Source of the DNA: a virus
Taxonomy: Duplodnaviria; Heunggongvirae; Uroviricota; Caudoviricetes
Length of the DNA: 64,000 nt
Strand: one strand, 5' to 3'
IMG/VR virus record: IMGVR_UViG_2778261375_000003
Shown: positions 10,039 through 19,397 of the stretch, piece by piece
Layout of the letters: every line of letters starts with the position of its first letter
Numbering within the stretch: position 1 is the first letter of the stretch
Position numbers and translations under genes: made by a program
Notes under the pieces: model-generated
Seen by the model: only the letters and a program-made list of their open reading frames with translations
Database searches by the model: none
Told to the model about the DNA's origin: nothing

Positions 10039-10785
10039 ATGAAAAATATTGCGACAGGCGGCGTTCTGGAACGCATCCGCCGACTGACCCCGCCACATGT
10101 AACCGCCCCATTCAGAACGGTAGCGGAGTGGCGCGAGTGGCAACTTGCTGAAGGCCAGAAACGTTGTGAGGAGATCAACCGTCAGAATCGTCAGTTGCGG
10201 GTGGAAAAAATTCTGAATCGTTCAGGCATCCAGCCGTTGCACCGTAAATGCTCATTTGCGAATTACCAGGTGCAGAACGACGGCCAGCGATACGCGTTAA
10301 GCCAGGCGAAATCCATCGCCGATGAACTGATGACCGGGTGTACAAATTTTGCGTTCAGCGGAAAACCTGGTACCGGGAAGAATCACTTAGCGGCAGCTAT
10401 CGGGAATCGCCTGCTGAAAGACGGTCAGACAGTGATTGTGGTTACCGTGGCTGATGTTATGAGCGCCCTGCACGCCAGCTATGACGACGGGCAGTCAGGC
10501 GAAAAATTTTTGCGGGAGCTGTGCGAAGTGGATCTGCTGGTTCTTGATGAAATTGGCATTCAGCGCGAGACGAAAAACGAGCAGGTGGTGCTGCACCAGA
10601 TTGTTGATCGCCGGACAGCGTCGATGCGCAGCGTGGGGATGCTGACAAACCTGAACTATGAGGCCATGAAAACATTGCTCGGCGAGCGGATTATGGATCG
10701 CATGACCATGAACGGCGGGCGATGGGTGAATTTTAACTGGGAGAGCTGGCGTCCGAATGTCGTCCAGCCAGGAATTGCGAAGTGA
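10039..10785 (+). CDS. ydaV: YdaV-like DnaC/IstB-type helicase loader ATPase
   Basis: 248 aa, Walker [16 protein letters not shown], Walker B LLVLDEIG. Confidence 0.85.
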   Translation: MKNIATGGVLERIRRLTPPHVTAPFRTVAEWREWQLAEGQKRCEEINRQNRQLRVEKILNRSGIQPLHRKCSFANYQVQNDGQRYALSQAKSIADELMTGCTNFAFSGKPGTGKNHLAAAIGNRLLKDGQTVIVVTVADVMSALHASYDDGQSGEKFLRELCEVDLLVLDEIGIQRETKNEQVVLHQIVDRRTASMRSVGMLTNLNYEAMKTLLGERIMDRMTMNGGRWVNFNWESWRPNVVQPGIAK

Positions 10786-10807
10786 TTTTTACCGGGAGGA
10801 AATTTTA

Positions 10808-11569
10808 ATGGAGACTGTTTTTGACGCACTGAAAGCGATGGGAAAAGCCACGTCGGTAGAGCTGGCTGCGCGACTTGATATCAGTCGTGAAGAAGTACTG
10901 AACGAGCTGTGGGAACTGAAAAAGGCTGGCTTCGTTGATAAAAGCGTATACACCTGGCGTGTGGCTGATAACAACGTTCAGCAGGAACAGCCAGCGCCAG
11001 AAGAACAGCCGGAAGAAACCACCACGGCGACAGTAGCGAAAATCTCAGAGTGCGATTTAACCGCGACGATTGAACAACGCGGACCACAAACGGCGGATGA
11101 ACTGGCTACGCTGTTCGGTACAACATCCCGCAAAGTGGCTTCAACGCTGGCAATGGCAATCAGCAAAGGTCGTCTGATTCGCGTAAATCAGGGCGGTAAA
11201 TTTCGTTACTGCATACCGGGCGATAATTTACCAGCAGAGCCGAAAGCTGCATCGGTAGCGGAAACTGATGGTAAAGCCTTTCCTCAGCCTGCATGTGTTG
11301 CGTTACCAGTACAGGAGGCTGCAACACAGGAAGATATTAAAACAGAAACTGTGGCGGACATTGTGCAGTCGCTGCCATCGTTCACCGAAACGCGAGCGGA
11401 TGACCTGATTTTACCATCGCTGCATATGGCAAACCGCGAACTGCGTCGGGCGAAAAGTCATGTCCAGAAGTGGGCGCGAGTCTGCGCCGCGCTGCGGGAG
11501 CTGAACAAGCACCGGGATATTGTTCGACAGATTACTGATTCTTCCCGACGTGTTGTATCGGAAAAGTGA
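10808..11569 (+). CDS. Hypothetical phage protein (YdaW position)
   Basis: Start set at ATG 10808 behind gggagg RBS; acidic/proline-rich linker; no recognised motif. Confidence 0.5.
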   Translation: METVFDALKAMGKATSVELAARLDISREEVLNELWELKKAGFVDKSVYTWRVADNNVQQEQPAPEEQPEETTTATVAKISECDLTATIEQRGPQTADELATLFGTTSRKVASTLAMAISKGRLIRVNQGGKFRYCIPGDNLPAEPKAASVAETDGKAFPQPACVALPVQEAATQEDIKTETVADIVQSLPSFTETRADDLILPSLHMANRELRRAKSHVQKWARVCAALRELNKHRDIVRQITDSSRRVVSEK

Positions 11570-11584
11570 TTGCCGGAGGCACTT

Positions 11585-12007
11585 ATGGCAAAAGTATTTA
11601 CACAAGAAGAGCGGGAAAAAATTAAAGGGCAGGTTGTTGAGCTAGTACGCCGGAGTGGGCGCGAGACGTTACGGCAACTGGAAGCCAAGACAGGTGCGAC
11701 AAGATATCTGATGAGCGTTCTCGCCAGAGAGCTTGTTGCCAGTGGCGATGTATACAACTCTGGTTACGGGTTATTTCCGTCTGAACAGGCCCGTAAGGAC
11801 TGGCAAAACGCCCGCAAAAAACTATCCAGGGCAAAGGTGAAAAAAACGGTTGTGGTTGATCCTGACCTTATCTGGTCATTACCAGACGGAGAAATACGCC
11901 GCTACGACAGGCGTCTGAACATAATCTGTCGCGAGTGCCGGAAGAGCGAAGCTATGCAGCGTGTACTGGCTTTCTATCAGGGTAATTTTCAGGAGGCGGT
12001 ACTGTGA
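11585..12007 (+). CDS. Hypothetical phage protein
   Basis: ATG 11585 behind ggagg RBS; 140 aa. Confidence 0.5.
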   Translation: MAKVFTQEEREKIKGQVVELVRRSGRETLRQLEAKTGATRYLMSVLARELVASGDVYNSGYGLFPSEQARKDWQNARKKLSRAKVKKTVVVDPDLIWSLPDGEIRRYDRRLNIICRECRKSEAMQRVLAFYQGNFQEAVL

Positions 12008-12064
12008 GTGAAATTAGCTATCAGGCTTCAATTGCCGCTGGCATTCGCATCAAAGGAGAGGAGC

Positions 12065-12421
12065 ATGGAAATAAAACCAGAAGATGAGTTAAGTAATATT
12101 GTTTTATTTCCGGTAAAAGAGGATGACCCACGTAATCAGGTTAATTTTCTTTATGAGCCATCGGAAAGACCATATTGTCATCACGCCTCTGTCCGGGTTG
12201 ACGAAAAAGAGCGTCAGGTCCGCTGTAAAATCTGCGGTGCAGTTGTGGAGCCATTTGACTGGATGCTCTCTGTGGCGAAAAGAGAAACCAGACTGGCAGA
12301 TGATGTAAGGCTATTGCGTCAGGAGGAACAGGAAAGGCGAAAAAATATAGAAAAGCTAATTCAGATTGAGCGTAACGCGAAAGCGCGGATAAGCAGGGTG
12401 ACAAAATCAAGAACTGAATAA
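12065..12421 (+). CDS. Hypothetical protein with C/H zinc-ribbon-like motif
   Basis: ATG 12065 behind aaaggagaggagc RBS; CHH...CKICG motif. Confidence 0.5.
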   Translation: MEIKPEDELSNIVLFPVKEDDPRNQVNFLYEPSERPYCHHASVRVDEKERQVRCKICGAVVEPFDWMLSVAKRETRLADDVRLLRQEEQERRKNIEKLIQIERNAKARISRVTKSRTE

Positions 12422-12514
12422 TTTAAATTTAGCACTGTTAAAAATTTAATCCTTAACCGGAGGGATTTCTGCACCCTCAGAACATCAGGAGTCCGCCCGA
12501 AAGGGCGGTAAGAA

Positions 12515-12733
12515 ATGACTACATTATTCAGAAAAGAATATCCGCGAAGAAGTAGAACGACAGAATTTTTGTTTCTCATTCTGTTTATCGTGTTGATGAC
12601 ACCGATATCCCCGCTAATTTTTGTCTGGGCAATCGGGAAAATAATTGAGCCAGTTATTGAATTGTATAACGACGTGGTATGGGCGTCGTTCAACACACTG
12701 CACAATAAAATTAATCCGTATAAGGAAAGCTGA
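12515..12733 (+). CDS. Small hydrophobic membrane protein
   Basis: 72 aa with one long hydrophobic helix (FLFLILFIVLMTPISPLIFVWAIG). Confidence 0.4.
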   Translation: MTTLFRKEYPRRSRTTEFLFLILFIVLMTPISPLIFVWAIGKIIEPVIELYNDVVWASFNTLHNKINPYKES

Positions 12734-12734
12734 T

Positions 12735-13166
12735 ATGACCACTATTACCACTATTACCAGAGAAAACGCGGAGATTAAATCATTCATCACTGGTTTCCTG
12801 AGCGACCCGGCGCACGATAACCAATCTTCAGACAGCCTGCTTGCCAATGTGTTTCGTATCGCGCTGGCTTCGCTGGAAGCAGAACCAGTTGCATGGACTG
12901 ATGATGAGGAACTGCGTGATGTCAAGCAGTATGGTCTCGGTGAGATATTTCAGTGCCCGCCAGATAAATACGCAGACTCGCGTCGTGTAATTCCGCTGTA
13001 TCGTGTGCCGCCAGCTTCCATGGTGCAGGCACAGGGCATAGAGATTGCAATAAACGAACTGGTGGCTCTGTCCCCACGCTTGGATAAACAGGCGGTGGAA
13101 ACTCTTTCTATGGCTGTGGAACATTTACGCAAACTGGTTAAGAAGCAGTTGCAGACTAAGGACTAA
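12735..13166 (+). CDS. Hypothetical phage protein, paralogue A
   Basis: ATG 12735 behind aaggaaag RBS; begins MTTIT and contains RIALASLEAEPVA, both shared with next gene. Confidence 0.55.
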   Translation: MTTITTITRENAEIKSFITGFLSDPAHDNQSSDSLLANVFRIALASLEAEPVAWTDDEELRDVKQYGLGEIFQCPPDKYADSRRVIPLYRVPPASMVQAQGIEIAINELVALSPRLDKQAVETLSMAVEHLRKLVKKQLQTKD

Positions 13167-13169
13167 CCC

Positions 13170-13865
13170 ATGACCACTATTACCAAAGAACGTATTGAAT
13201 TGTTCATTAAAAATCCGCTTGAAAACGGGCTTGCTCGTAGCGAACAAATGGAAGTGGCACGGATCGCTTTGGCATCGCTGGAAGCAGAGCCGGTGGCATA
13301 TCAGTATCGCCAGTGGGATGCAGAATATGATGAATGGGGAGAATGGGAAGATTGCGGGGAATGTGCTTTCGAAAGATTCGTTGAGGAAGAGAAATGCCAG
13401 GGGGCAGGTGTTCAGACCCGTAAGCTTTACACCGCCCCTCCAGTGCCGGTAGTGCCAGAGGAAATCAGCATGGCTTCAAAGTTGCCTCTCATGAGTGACC
13501 AGTTGATGTTAGTAGGTTATGTGAAGGGGTGGAACGCCTGCCGCGCAGCCATGCTTCAGTCCGGAAACTTTCGGGAAATCTCGGAAACGTCAACCAACTC
13601 TCCGATAACTCTGACTCCTTTGCCTGGTGGTTTCACCATTGAGGATGCGAAGGAGTTACATGAAGACCTGGTACGCAGCCACATAAGCCAGGCTTTAAGT
13701 GGCGAGAAGATGAAAAAGAAAGATCGTGATGCTGATTTGCTCTGGATTCATGGCGTTATAGTACAGGCAGCGTGGTTTGTGAAAGCCTCACTGGATGCGT
13801 TGCCTGAACCGCTGCGGGAGGAGAAGGGAGGAAGTCCAACTGAAGAAAGTGAAGCCGGACTGTAA
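13170..13865 (+). CDS. Hypothetical phage protein, paralogue B
   Basis: 231 aa; shares MTTIT N-terminus and ARIALASLEAEPVA block with previous gene. Confidence 0.55.
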   Translation: MTTITKERIELFIKNPLENGLARSEQMEVARIALASLEAEPVAYQYRQWDAEYDEWGEWEDCGECAFERFVEEEKCQGAGVQTRKLYTAPPVPVVPEEISMASKLPLMSDQLMLVGYVKGWNACRAAMLQSGNFREISETSTNSPITLTPLPGGFTIEDAKELHEDLVRSHISQALSGEKMKKKDRDADLLWIHGVIVQAAWFVKASLDALPEPLREEKGGSPTEESEAGL

Positions 13866-13931
13866 ATTACCGAGTAAGGCGATGGACTACCTGAAGCGAA
13901 ACGGGCTGACAAGCGTGGAGGATATTTTACG

Positions 13932-14015
13932 ATGACCTGGCCTGAGGCATTCACCACGGTAGGAATTGCAATGGCGGTGGCGCTGGTGGTGTATTCGATT
14001 TGCCGCTGGGGATAA
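13932..14015 (+). CDS. Possible 27-aa hydrophobic peptide
   Basis: Hand-found ORF MTWPEAFTTVGIAMAVALVVYSICRWG; below ORF-track cutoff; speculative. Confidence 0.25.
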   Translation: MTWPEAFTTVGIAMAVALVVYSICRWG

Positions 14016-14203
14016 AAACGGTTTGCGGGAAAAGGAGAGTTAAGTAGAATTGCAGCGGGTGCTTGAGGCTATCTGCCTCGGGCATGAACACCAACGGCAG
14101 ATAGATAAAAGCCCCACCCGACTATAAATCGAAGTGAGGCCCCTATATGCTCGTCACATATAGATTGCCTCTTACGGACCGAAAGGTCAAGGAGAAGCAG
14201 GCT

Positions 14204-14359
14204 ATGAAGCAGCAAAAGGCGATGTTAGTCGCCCTGATCGTCATCTGTTTAACCGTCATAGTGACGGCACTGGTAACGAGGAAAGACCTCTGCGAGGTAC
14301 GAATCCGAACCGGCCAGACGGAGGTCGCTGTCTTCGTAGACTACGAACCTGAGGAGTAA
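14204..14359 (+). CDS. hok: Hok/Gef-family type I toxin
   Basis: 51 aa MKQQKAMLVALIVICLTVIVTALVTRKDLCEVRIRTGQTEVAVFVDYEPEE, near-identical to recalled HokD/RelF; in-frame upstream ATG at 14147 could act as a mok-like leader. Confidence 0.9.
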   Translation: MKQQKAMLVALIVICLTVIVTALVTRKDLCEVRIRTGQTEVAVFVDYEPEE

Positions 14360-14427
14360 GAGACCCGGCGGGGGAGAAATCCCTCGCCACCTCTGATGTG
14401 TCAGGCATCCTCAACGCACCCGCACTT

Positions 14428-14450
14428 ACCCCGCTTCGGCGGGTTTTTTG
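14428..14450 (+). terminator. Rho-independent terminator of hok transcript
   Basis: ccccgcttcggcggg hairpin followed by tttttt. Confidence 0.7.
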
Positions 14451-14637
14451 TTGTTTATTTTCGGTGAGCATGATGCATCTGGTTGTACTGATGTGGCTGG
14501 CTGATTCTGTTATTCAGGTGGCTTATTGCTGTTGATTGGTATGTCTTCACGGCTAGAATCGAGGCTCTTAAGTAGCGCGCAGGGAGAAGAGGGATGGACC
14601 CCGAAGGGGAAGAGCTATTTATCTGGAAGGATTCTGA

Positions 14638-14813
14638 AGATGAAAATCGAAGAATTGCGTGAAATTTTTAGTGAAAATGGCCTCTATGCTGTGCGCGTTG
14701 AGAATGGGAAAGTTGTCTACACAACGTTAATCCCTGATGATCATGTAATTTTATCTATCGAGGCATTCATTGAATACCTTGAAAGGCTCGGTTTCAAGGT
14801 GGTTCGCGAATGA
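14638..14813 (+). CDS. Hypothetical small protein
   Basis: 58-aa ORF from MKIEELREIF; start chosen at internal ATG. Confidence 0.4.
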
Positions 14814-14872
14814 GTTATAATTCGTAAGCCAGCCTGAACAACTGGCAACCTACAGCGCCATTGGAGGCAGCA

Positions 14873-15472
14873 ATGGCGCATATACAACTGGTCAAACAAA
14901 CCTCTTCCGGATTACTTCTCCCGGCGACGCCGGAGAGTTGTGATTTTCTGCATCAAATCAAAATAGGTGAGTGGATACACGCAGACTTTAAGCGTGTGCG
15001 TAACTACGCGTTCCACAAGCGTTTTTTCAAACTCCTGCAACTGGGATTCGATTACTGGACTCCGAACGGTGGGGCGATCACGCCTCGCGAACGAGAACTG
15101 GTGTCCGGTTTCGTTGAGTATCTGTGCGAATCAGTTGGTCGGGAACACACTCCAGCCCTGAGCGAAGCCGCAGAGCAATATCTGAATGCCGTTGCGACAC
15201 GCAGAACCCGGGATACGGCATTGCTAAAGTCGTTTGACGCTTTCCGCGAGTGGGTAACCATTCAGGCCGGATTTTACACCGAGCATATTTATCCTGATGG
15301 TAGTCGTGGGCGCAGGGCAAAATCTATCGCATTTGCGAATATGGACGAAACCGAGTTTCAGCAGGTTTATAAATCTGTACTGAATGTGCTGTGGAACTGG
15401 ATCCTGTTCCGTAAATTTTCCTCTCCGGAGGAAGTCGAAAATGTGGCCGCACAGTTACTGGAGTTTGCGTAA
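14873..15472 (+). CDS. Nin-region protein, DUF1367-like
   Basis: ATG 14873 behind ggagg RBS; recalled as the family paired with DUF1364 upstream of Q in lambdoid prophages. Confidence 0.5.
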   Translation: MAHIQLVKQTSSGLLLPATPESCDFLHQIKIGEWIHADFKRVRNYAFHKRFFKLLQLGFDYWTPNGGAITPRERELVSGFVEYLCESVGREHTPALSEAAEQYLNAVATRRTRDTALLKSFDAFREWVTIQAGFYTEHIYPDGSRGRRAKSIAFANMDETEFQQVYKSVLNVLWNWILFRKFSSPEEVENVAAQLLEFA

Positions 15473-15762
15473 TGGTGGATTTACGTAAAGCGGCGCGGGG
15501 GCAGATGTGCACCGTCAGAATTCCTGGCTACTGCAATCACAATCCCGAAACTTCTGTGCTGGCGCATTACAGGCTGGCGGGGACGTGCGGAACAGCGACA
15601 AAACCACACGATATGCAGGCAGCGATTGCCTGTAGCTCATGCCACGATCTAATCGACGGGCGGGTAAAAACCAGCGATTACACCAAAGAAGAATTACGCC
15701 TGATGCATGCAGAAGGTGTTTTTCGCACACAAGAAATCTGGAGAAAGGAAGGTTATTTATGA
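15472..15762 (+). CDS. DUF1364 protein, YbcO-like
   Basis: MVDLRKAARGQMCTVRIPGYCNHNPETSVLAHYRL...CSSCHD resembles recalled YbcO; ATGG start overlaps previous stop. Confidence 0.7.
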   Translation: MVDLRKAARGQMCTVRIPGYCNHNPETSVLAHYRLAGTCGTATKPHDMQAAIACSSCHDLIDGRVKTSDYTKEELRLMHAEGVFRTQEIWRKEGYL

Positions 15763-16313
15763 TTTACCCAACAAATACAGGCAAAAGCGGGGAACACCTT
15801 CGTCTCACCACGCTGGAAAGTGTCTGGATTCAGGGAAAACTGCGCATGTGGGGGCGCTGGTCGTATATTGGCGGCGGTAAGACGGGAAATATGTTCAACC
15901 AGTTGCTGACCTCTAAAAAGCTGACAAAAACGGCAATTAACGAGGCGCTCCGGAGGATGAAAAAAGCAGGTCTGGACAAACCTGAACTTGAGGCTTTTTT
16001 GCGGGATATGATCAACGGCAAGCAAAAAAGCTGGCTGGTGCATTGTACTGATGCAGAGGCGTTATGCATTGATCGGGTGATTAGTGAAGTGCTGGCAGAA
16101 CACCCAGGATTGATTTGTATCCTCCGGCAACGATATGAAGGGAGGGGGATGACTAAGCGAAAAATGGCTGAGTTGCTGAATGATTCACACCCTGAGTGGT
16201 GTTACGCCACGTGCCGTAATCGCATAGATGCGTGGTTGAAAATGGCAGAGTTTATGCTCTATCTGCCGATGCGTGATGCATTCTCTTCCGGGGATCTAAA
16301 AACCGTCTGTTGA
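15759..16313 (+). CDS. Late-gene antiterminator, Q21-like
   Basis: 184 aa; blocks LRMWGRWSYIGG / CTDAEALCIDRVI / RIDAWLKMAEFMLYL parallel recalled phage-21-type Q; followed by promoter plus short terminated leader. Confidence 0.6.
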   Translation: MIYPTNTGKSGEHLRLTTLESVWIQGKLRMWGRWSYIGGGKTGNMFNQLLTSKKLTKTAINEALRRMKKAGLDKPELEAFLRDMINGKQKSWLVHCTDAEALCIDRVISEVLAEHPGLICILRQRYEGRGMTKRKMAELLNDSHPEWCYATCRNRIDAWLKMAEFMLYLPMRDAFSSGDLKTVC

Positions 16314-16339
16314 CTCAATCTGTTATCCGGGGCTATATT
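16310..16339 (+). promoter_or_regulatory. Candidate late promoter pR'
   Basis: TTGACT (16310-16315), 18-bp spacer, TATATT (16334-16339), overlapping the Q stop codon. Confidence 0.4.
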
Positions 16340-16400
16340 CCTCACGCGCCAGCAAAATCTGGCGTCGGGATTGGCGTCCTGGATAGAGACCGCGACAGAT

Positions 16401-16422
16401 ACACGCCGCGAGCGTGTTTTTT
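16401..16422 (+). terminator. Candidate tR' terminator of a short pR' leader RNA
   Basis: acacgccgcgagcgtgt hairpin plus tttttt, about 75 nt downstream of the predicted pR' start. Confidence 0.5.
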
Positions 16423-16583
16423 ATTGTCGTATGCACGCGCACATCTGAATTATGGTGGGCTGTGTGGGGGCGGAGAGATCCGCGCCGGTCGGTTTCCCGG
16501 TTACGCCAACCCTGCACAGTTCACCACCAGATGATTGGCGTCGTCGGTGGTGAGTTATTAAGAAACCACCAGAGGGCGTCATT

Positions 16584-17195
16584 ATGACAACTCAAATTTC
16601 TGTTGAAACTCTCTCCCCGATCACCCATAACCAGATTCCTGTTATTACCACCGAACTTTTGGCGCAGCTTTACGGCACTGAGCCGGTGCGCATTCGCCAG
16701 AATCATCATGAGAACAAAGTACGCTTCGTTGAAGGGAAACACTTTTTCAAAGTTGTTGGTAATGACCTTAAAGAATTGCGGGTAGCTTTAAACTACTCAC
16801 AAAATTTGCGGGTTACTTTAAGTAACTCACAAAATTTGCAACCATCTTTAAGAGGGTTACAAATTTCCCCGAAAGCCCGCTCCCTCATCCTCTGGACAGA
16901 ACGCGGAGCAGCCCGTCATGCCAAAATGCTCGAAACCGATCAGGCGTGGGATGTGTTCGAAAAGCTGGAAGACTGCTATTTCAGACAAAAGGATCCGTCA
17001 GCGCCAGCTTCATGCCAGAAAAGTTACGACACGCGAGTTCTCTGTTATCAGCGAGGCGGTGTCACTGTTTCCACAATTCAGTTGCGGGATGATGATATTG
17101 TTATTTCCCTTGAGTCATGGCTGGAACTGGCGAGAGCCAATGGTTGGTTTGTTGTTCGCAGAGATAAACTGGTGGAAAGGCTGATGCAGCTTTAA
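16584..17195 (+). CDS. ORF6N-domain protein (antirepressor-like), with internal 30-bp tandem repeat
   Basis: N-terminus PVITTELLAQLYGTEPVRIRQNHHENKVRFVEGKHFFKV fits remembered ORF6N pattern; 30-bp unit repeated about 2.5 times at 16776-16865. Confidence 0.55.
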   Translation: MTTQISVETLSPITHNQIPVITTELLAQLYGTEPVRIRQNHHENKVRFVEGKHFFKVVGNDLKELRVALNYSQNLRVTLSNSQNLQPSLRGLQISPKARSLILWTERGAARHAKMLETDQAWDVFEKLEDCYFRQKDPSAPASCQKSYDTRVLCYQRGGVTVSTIQLRDDDIVISLESWLELARANGWFVVRRDKLVERLMQL

Positions 17196-17290
17196 AAAAG
17201 TTCTTGCAATTTTAGCCATAAACTGCTTCAATTCCGTTACGCTTCGCAAAGCTGTATCGCGAGGCGAACCAAGCGCATGAACTTTACCAG

Positions 17291-17316
17291 AACCCGCCAT
17301 TGAGCGGGTTTTGTTG
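17291..17316 (+). terminator. Rho-independent terminator after ORF6N gene
   Basis: aacccgccattgagcgggtttt hairpin plus T-rich tract. Confidence 0.6.
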
Positions 17317-17332
17317 TTTCTGGAGAACACCC

Positions 17333-17605
17333 ATGAAATTTTATGAATTATCTTCTGAGTCCCGATCTCAGGCCAAAATCACACTGGGTCAGTTGATTGT
17401 GGCTCGGGCTAACACCGGGATGGATGATTTTGAAAATTTGGGGCATTGCATCGCTGCCGCGTTTATTGCGATGGAGCGCCATGAAAGCGCCCCTGAGGTT
17501 GGTGAGGGGCGTAGCGGGAACGGAATACCCGTTAATGGCGATCAAAAACTAGCATCCAACGTCGTGAACGTGATGATTCACTATCCGTGTGACTCTATAG
17601 CGTGA
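17333..17605 (+). CDS. Hypothetical cargo protein
   Basis: 90 aa from MKFYELSSESR; ggagaa RBS; no family recognised. Confidence 0.45.
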   Translation: MKFYELSSESRSQAKITLGQLIVARANTGMDDFENLGHCIAAAFIAMERHESAPEVGEGRSGNGIPVNGDQKLASNVVNVMIHYPCDSIA

Positions 17606-17661
17606 CAGCGACAGTAAATTGGGTAAAATTTTCTACGCTGCAATATGCGAAAGGGGATGAA

Positions 17662-18231
17662 ATGAACGATCTGCCCGATGACTACTTTCTTGATGCTGAC
17701 GATGATCTTGTCGATTTTCTTGAAAAACAGGGTGAAGACTGCATAGGTGAAATCTATCGGTCAAATTCAGTAAATAAAGAAAATGGCTATAAGCTGTTGA
17801 GCATCCTAATCGTCGGTATTGGATCTTCATTTTTGCTGTTAACGCAAAAGACGCAGATTGACTTTCTTAGCGCAGGCATTGCCGTTTTCACCGTGTACTG
17901 GTCAGTTTGTGCTATTTATCTTGTTATTAATGTGCTGACGGTTCACACATACGGACTTGTTTCCACATCACCTGCAGATTTGTATACCGAAGCTTATAAA
18001 GGGATTTGCGAGTCCGATTTCGAGAACCTTAAGGCAAGGGGTTTTGTCGGTAAAAATGACCGCCTTTCAGTGATGAGGCGGTACAGATTGAAAACGTTAT
18101 GTGTGACTGCTGATGAGTTGCTCCAGGTCAATGAAACCATAAGAACCAGACTGAAAAAAGCAAGGATAGCGACTATCCTTGCTCCTGTTTACGCGATTAT
18201 TATTTCAGCTATCACTTACCTTTTTTTCTGA
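17662..18231 (+). CDS. Hypothetical multi-pass membrane protein (cargo between Q and holin)
   Basis: ATG 17662 behind aaagggga RBS; acidic N-terminus then three hydrophobic helices. Confidence 0.5.
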   Translation: MNDLPDDYFLDADDDLVDFLEKQGEDCIGEIYRSNSVNKENGYKLLSILIVGIGSSFLLLTQKTQIDFLSAGIAVFTVYWSVCAIYLVINVLTVHTYGLVSTSPADLYTEAYKGICESDFENLKARGFVGKNDRLSVMRRYRLKTLCVTADELLQVNETIRTRLKKARIATILAPVYAIIISAITYLFF

Positions 18232-18452
18232 TTCCTTCAGCGGAATCACCAACGATCCTTCTACCGACTGAAAAACGGTCGGGTTGAACTGGGGCCGGTT
18301 TTTGCTGCTGTGTTGGCTGTGGCTTGCTTTCACCTGCCGGCTTGTTTGACTGGCTCATCTAATTCTCCATATTTGATAAGGTTATCTTTGGCGATTTAAC
18401 GATATCAAACACGAGGATATACCGCCAGAAGCTTAATCTGGCACTCCATCTG

Positions 18453-18477
18453 GCCCCGGCATGTCCCGGGGCTTTTT
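18453..18477 (+). terminator. Hairpin terminator upstream of lysis cassette
   Basis: gccccggcatgtcccggggc followed by ttttt. Confidence 0.5.
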
Positions 18478-18575
18478 CGTTGTTAGGCTCCGGAAACATC
18501 CTCGACTTCTTGTGAGCAAGCCTGAGAGCCTGAATCTTACACTTAGCACCATCCGAACTCTCGGAGGTGAGGCTT

Positions 18576-18917
18576 ATGAAAATGCACAATGCCCCTCATT
18601 CCTGGCCTGACTTACTGGAACTCTTACAAAGTTGGTGGCGTGGAGATACGCCGCTGGGCGCAGTGGTTATGTCAATTATTATGGCTGGTTTGCGCATTGC
18701 CTATTTTGGCGGTGGCGGCGGCTGGAAACGAAAAACGCTTGAGATTCTGCTTTGTGGTGCTCTGACGCTGACCTTTGCATCCGCGCTTGAGTATGTCGGA
18801 TGGCCTAAATCACTTTCTGTTGCCATTGGTGGTGGGGTGGGGCTGATTGGTGTTGATGCTATTCGTGGTGCGGCAATGAGGGTCATCGGTAACAAGTTCG
18901 GTGCCCATAAGGAGTAA
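18576..18917 (+). CDS. Holin, lambda S family, with dual-start motif
   Basis: MKMHNAPHS... (Met1-Lys-Met3 like lambda S); three hydrophobic segments, glycine-rich C-terminal region; ggaggtgagg RBS; directly upstream of endolysin. Confidence 0.8.
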   Translation: MKMHNAPHSWPDLLELLQSWWRGDTPLGAVVMSIIMAGLRIAYFGGGGGWKRKTLEILLCGALTLTFASALEYVGWPKSLSVAIGGGVGLIGVDAIRGAAMRVIGNKFGAHKE

Positions 18918-18920
18918 TTA

Positions 18921-19397
18921 ATGCAGACACTTAATTCCCAGCGTAAAGCTTTCCTTGATATGGTGGCATGGTCAGAAGGAACAGATAACGGACGGCAGAA
19001 AACCAGAAATCACGGTTATGATGTTATTGTCGGTGGCGAACTGTTCACTGATTACTCCGATCACCCCCGCAAACTTGTCACGCTAAATCCGAAACTCAAA
19101 TCAACAGCCGCCGGACGTTACCAGCTTCTTTCACGCTGGTGGGATGCCTACCGCAAGCAACTTGGTCTGAAAGATTTTTCTCCAGAAAGCCAGGATGCTG
19201 TAGCGCTGCAGCAGATTAAAGAGCGTGGCGCTTTACCGATGATTGACCGCGGCGATATTCGTCAGGCAATCGACCGTTGCAGCAATATCTGGGCTTCGTT
19301 GCCGGGCGCTGGTTACGGTCAGTATGAACATAGAATCGGTGACCTGATTGCCCGATTTAAAGAAGCTGGTGGGGGGGTAAATGAAGCTGAGATATAA
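18921..19397 (+). CDS. Endolysin, lambda R-type lytic transglycosylase
   Basis: 158 aa; ...NSQRKAFLDMVAWSEGTDNGRQKTRNHGYDVIVGGELFTDYSDHPRKLVTLNPKLKST... nearly identical to recalled lambda R. Confidence 0.95.
   Translation: MQTLNSQRKAFLDMVAWSEGTDNGRQKTRNHGYDVIVGGELFTDYSDHPRKLVTLNPKLKSTAAGRYQLLSRWWDAYRKQLGLKDFSPESQDAVALQQIKERGALPMIDRGDIRQAIDRCSNIWASLPGAGYGQYEHRIGDLIARFKEAGGGVNEAEI

Noticed and set aside
9639-10178. Minus-strand ORFs 9639-10178 and 9694-10143
   Set aside because: Antisense to ydaU/ydaV, which have strong family signatures; no translation signals.
16310-18566. tRNA genes or a CRISPR array in the Q-to-holin cargo region
   Set aside because: No cloverleaf-compatible 70-90 nt segment with conserved T-loop or D-loop features was recognised here. 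All repeats seen in the window are coding tandem repeats or palindromes, not regularly spaced repeat-spacer arrays.
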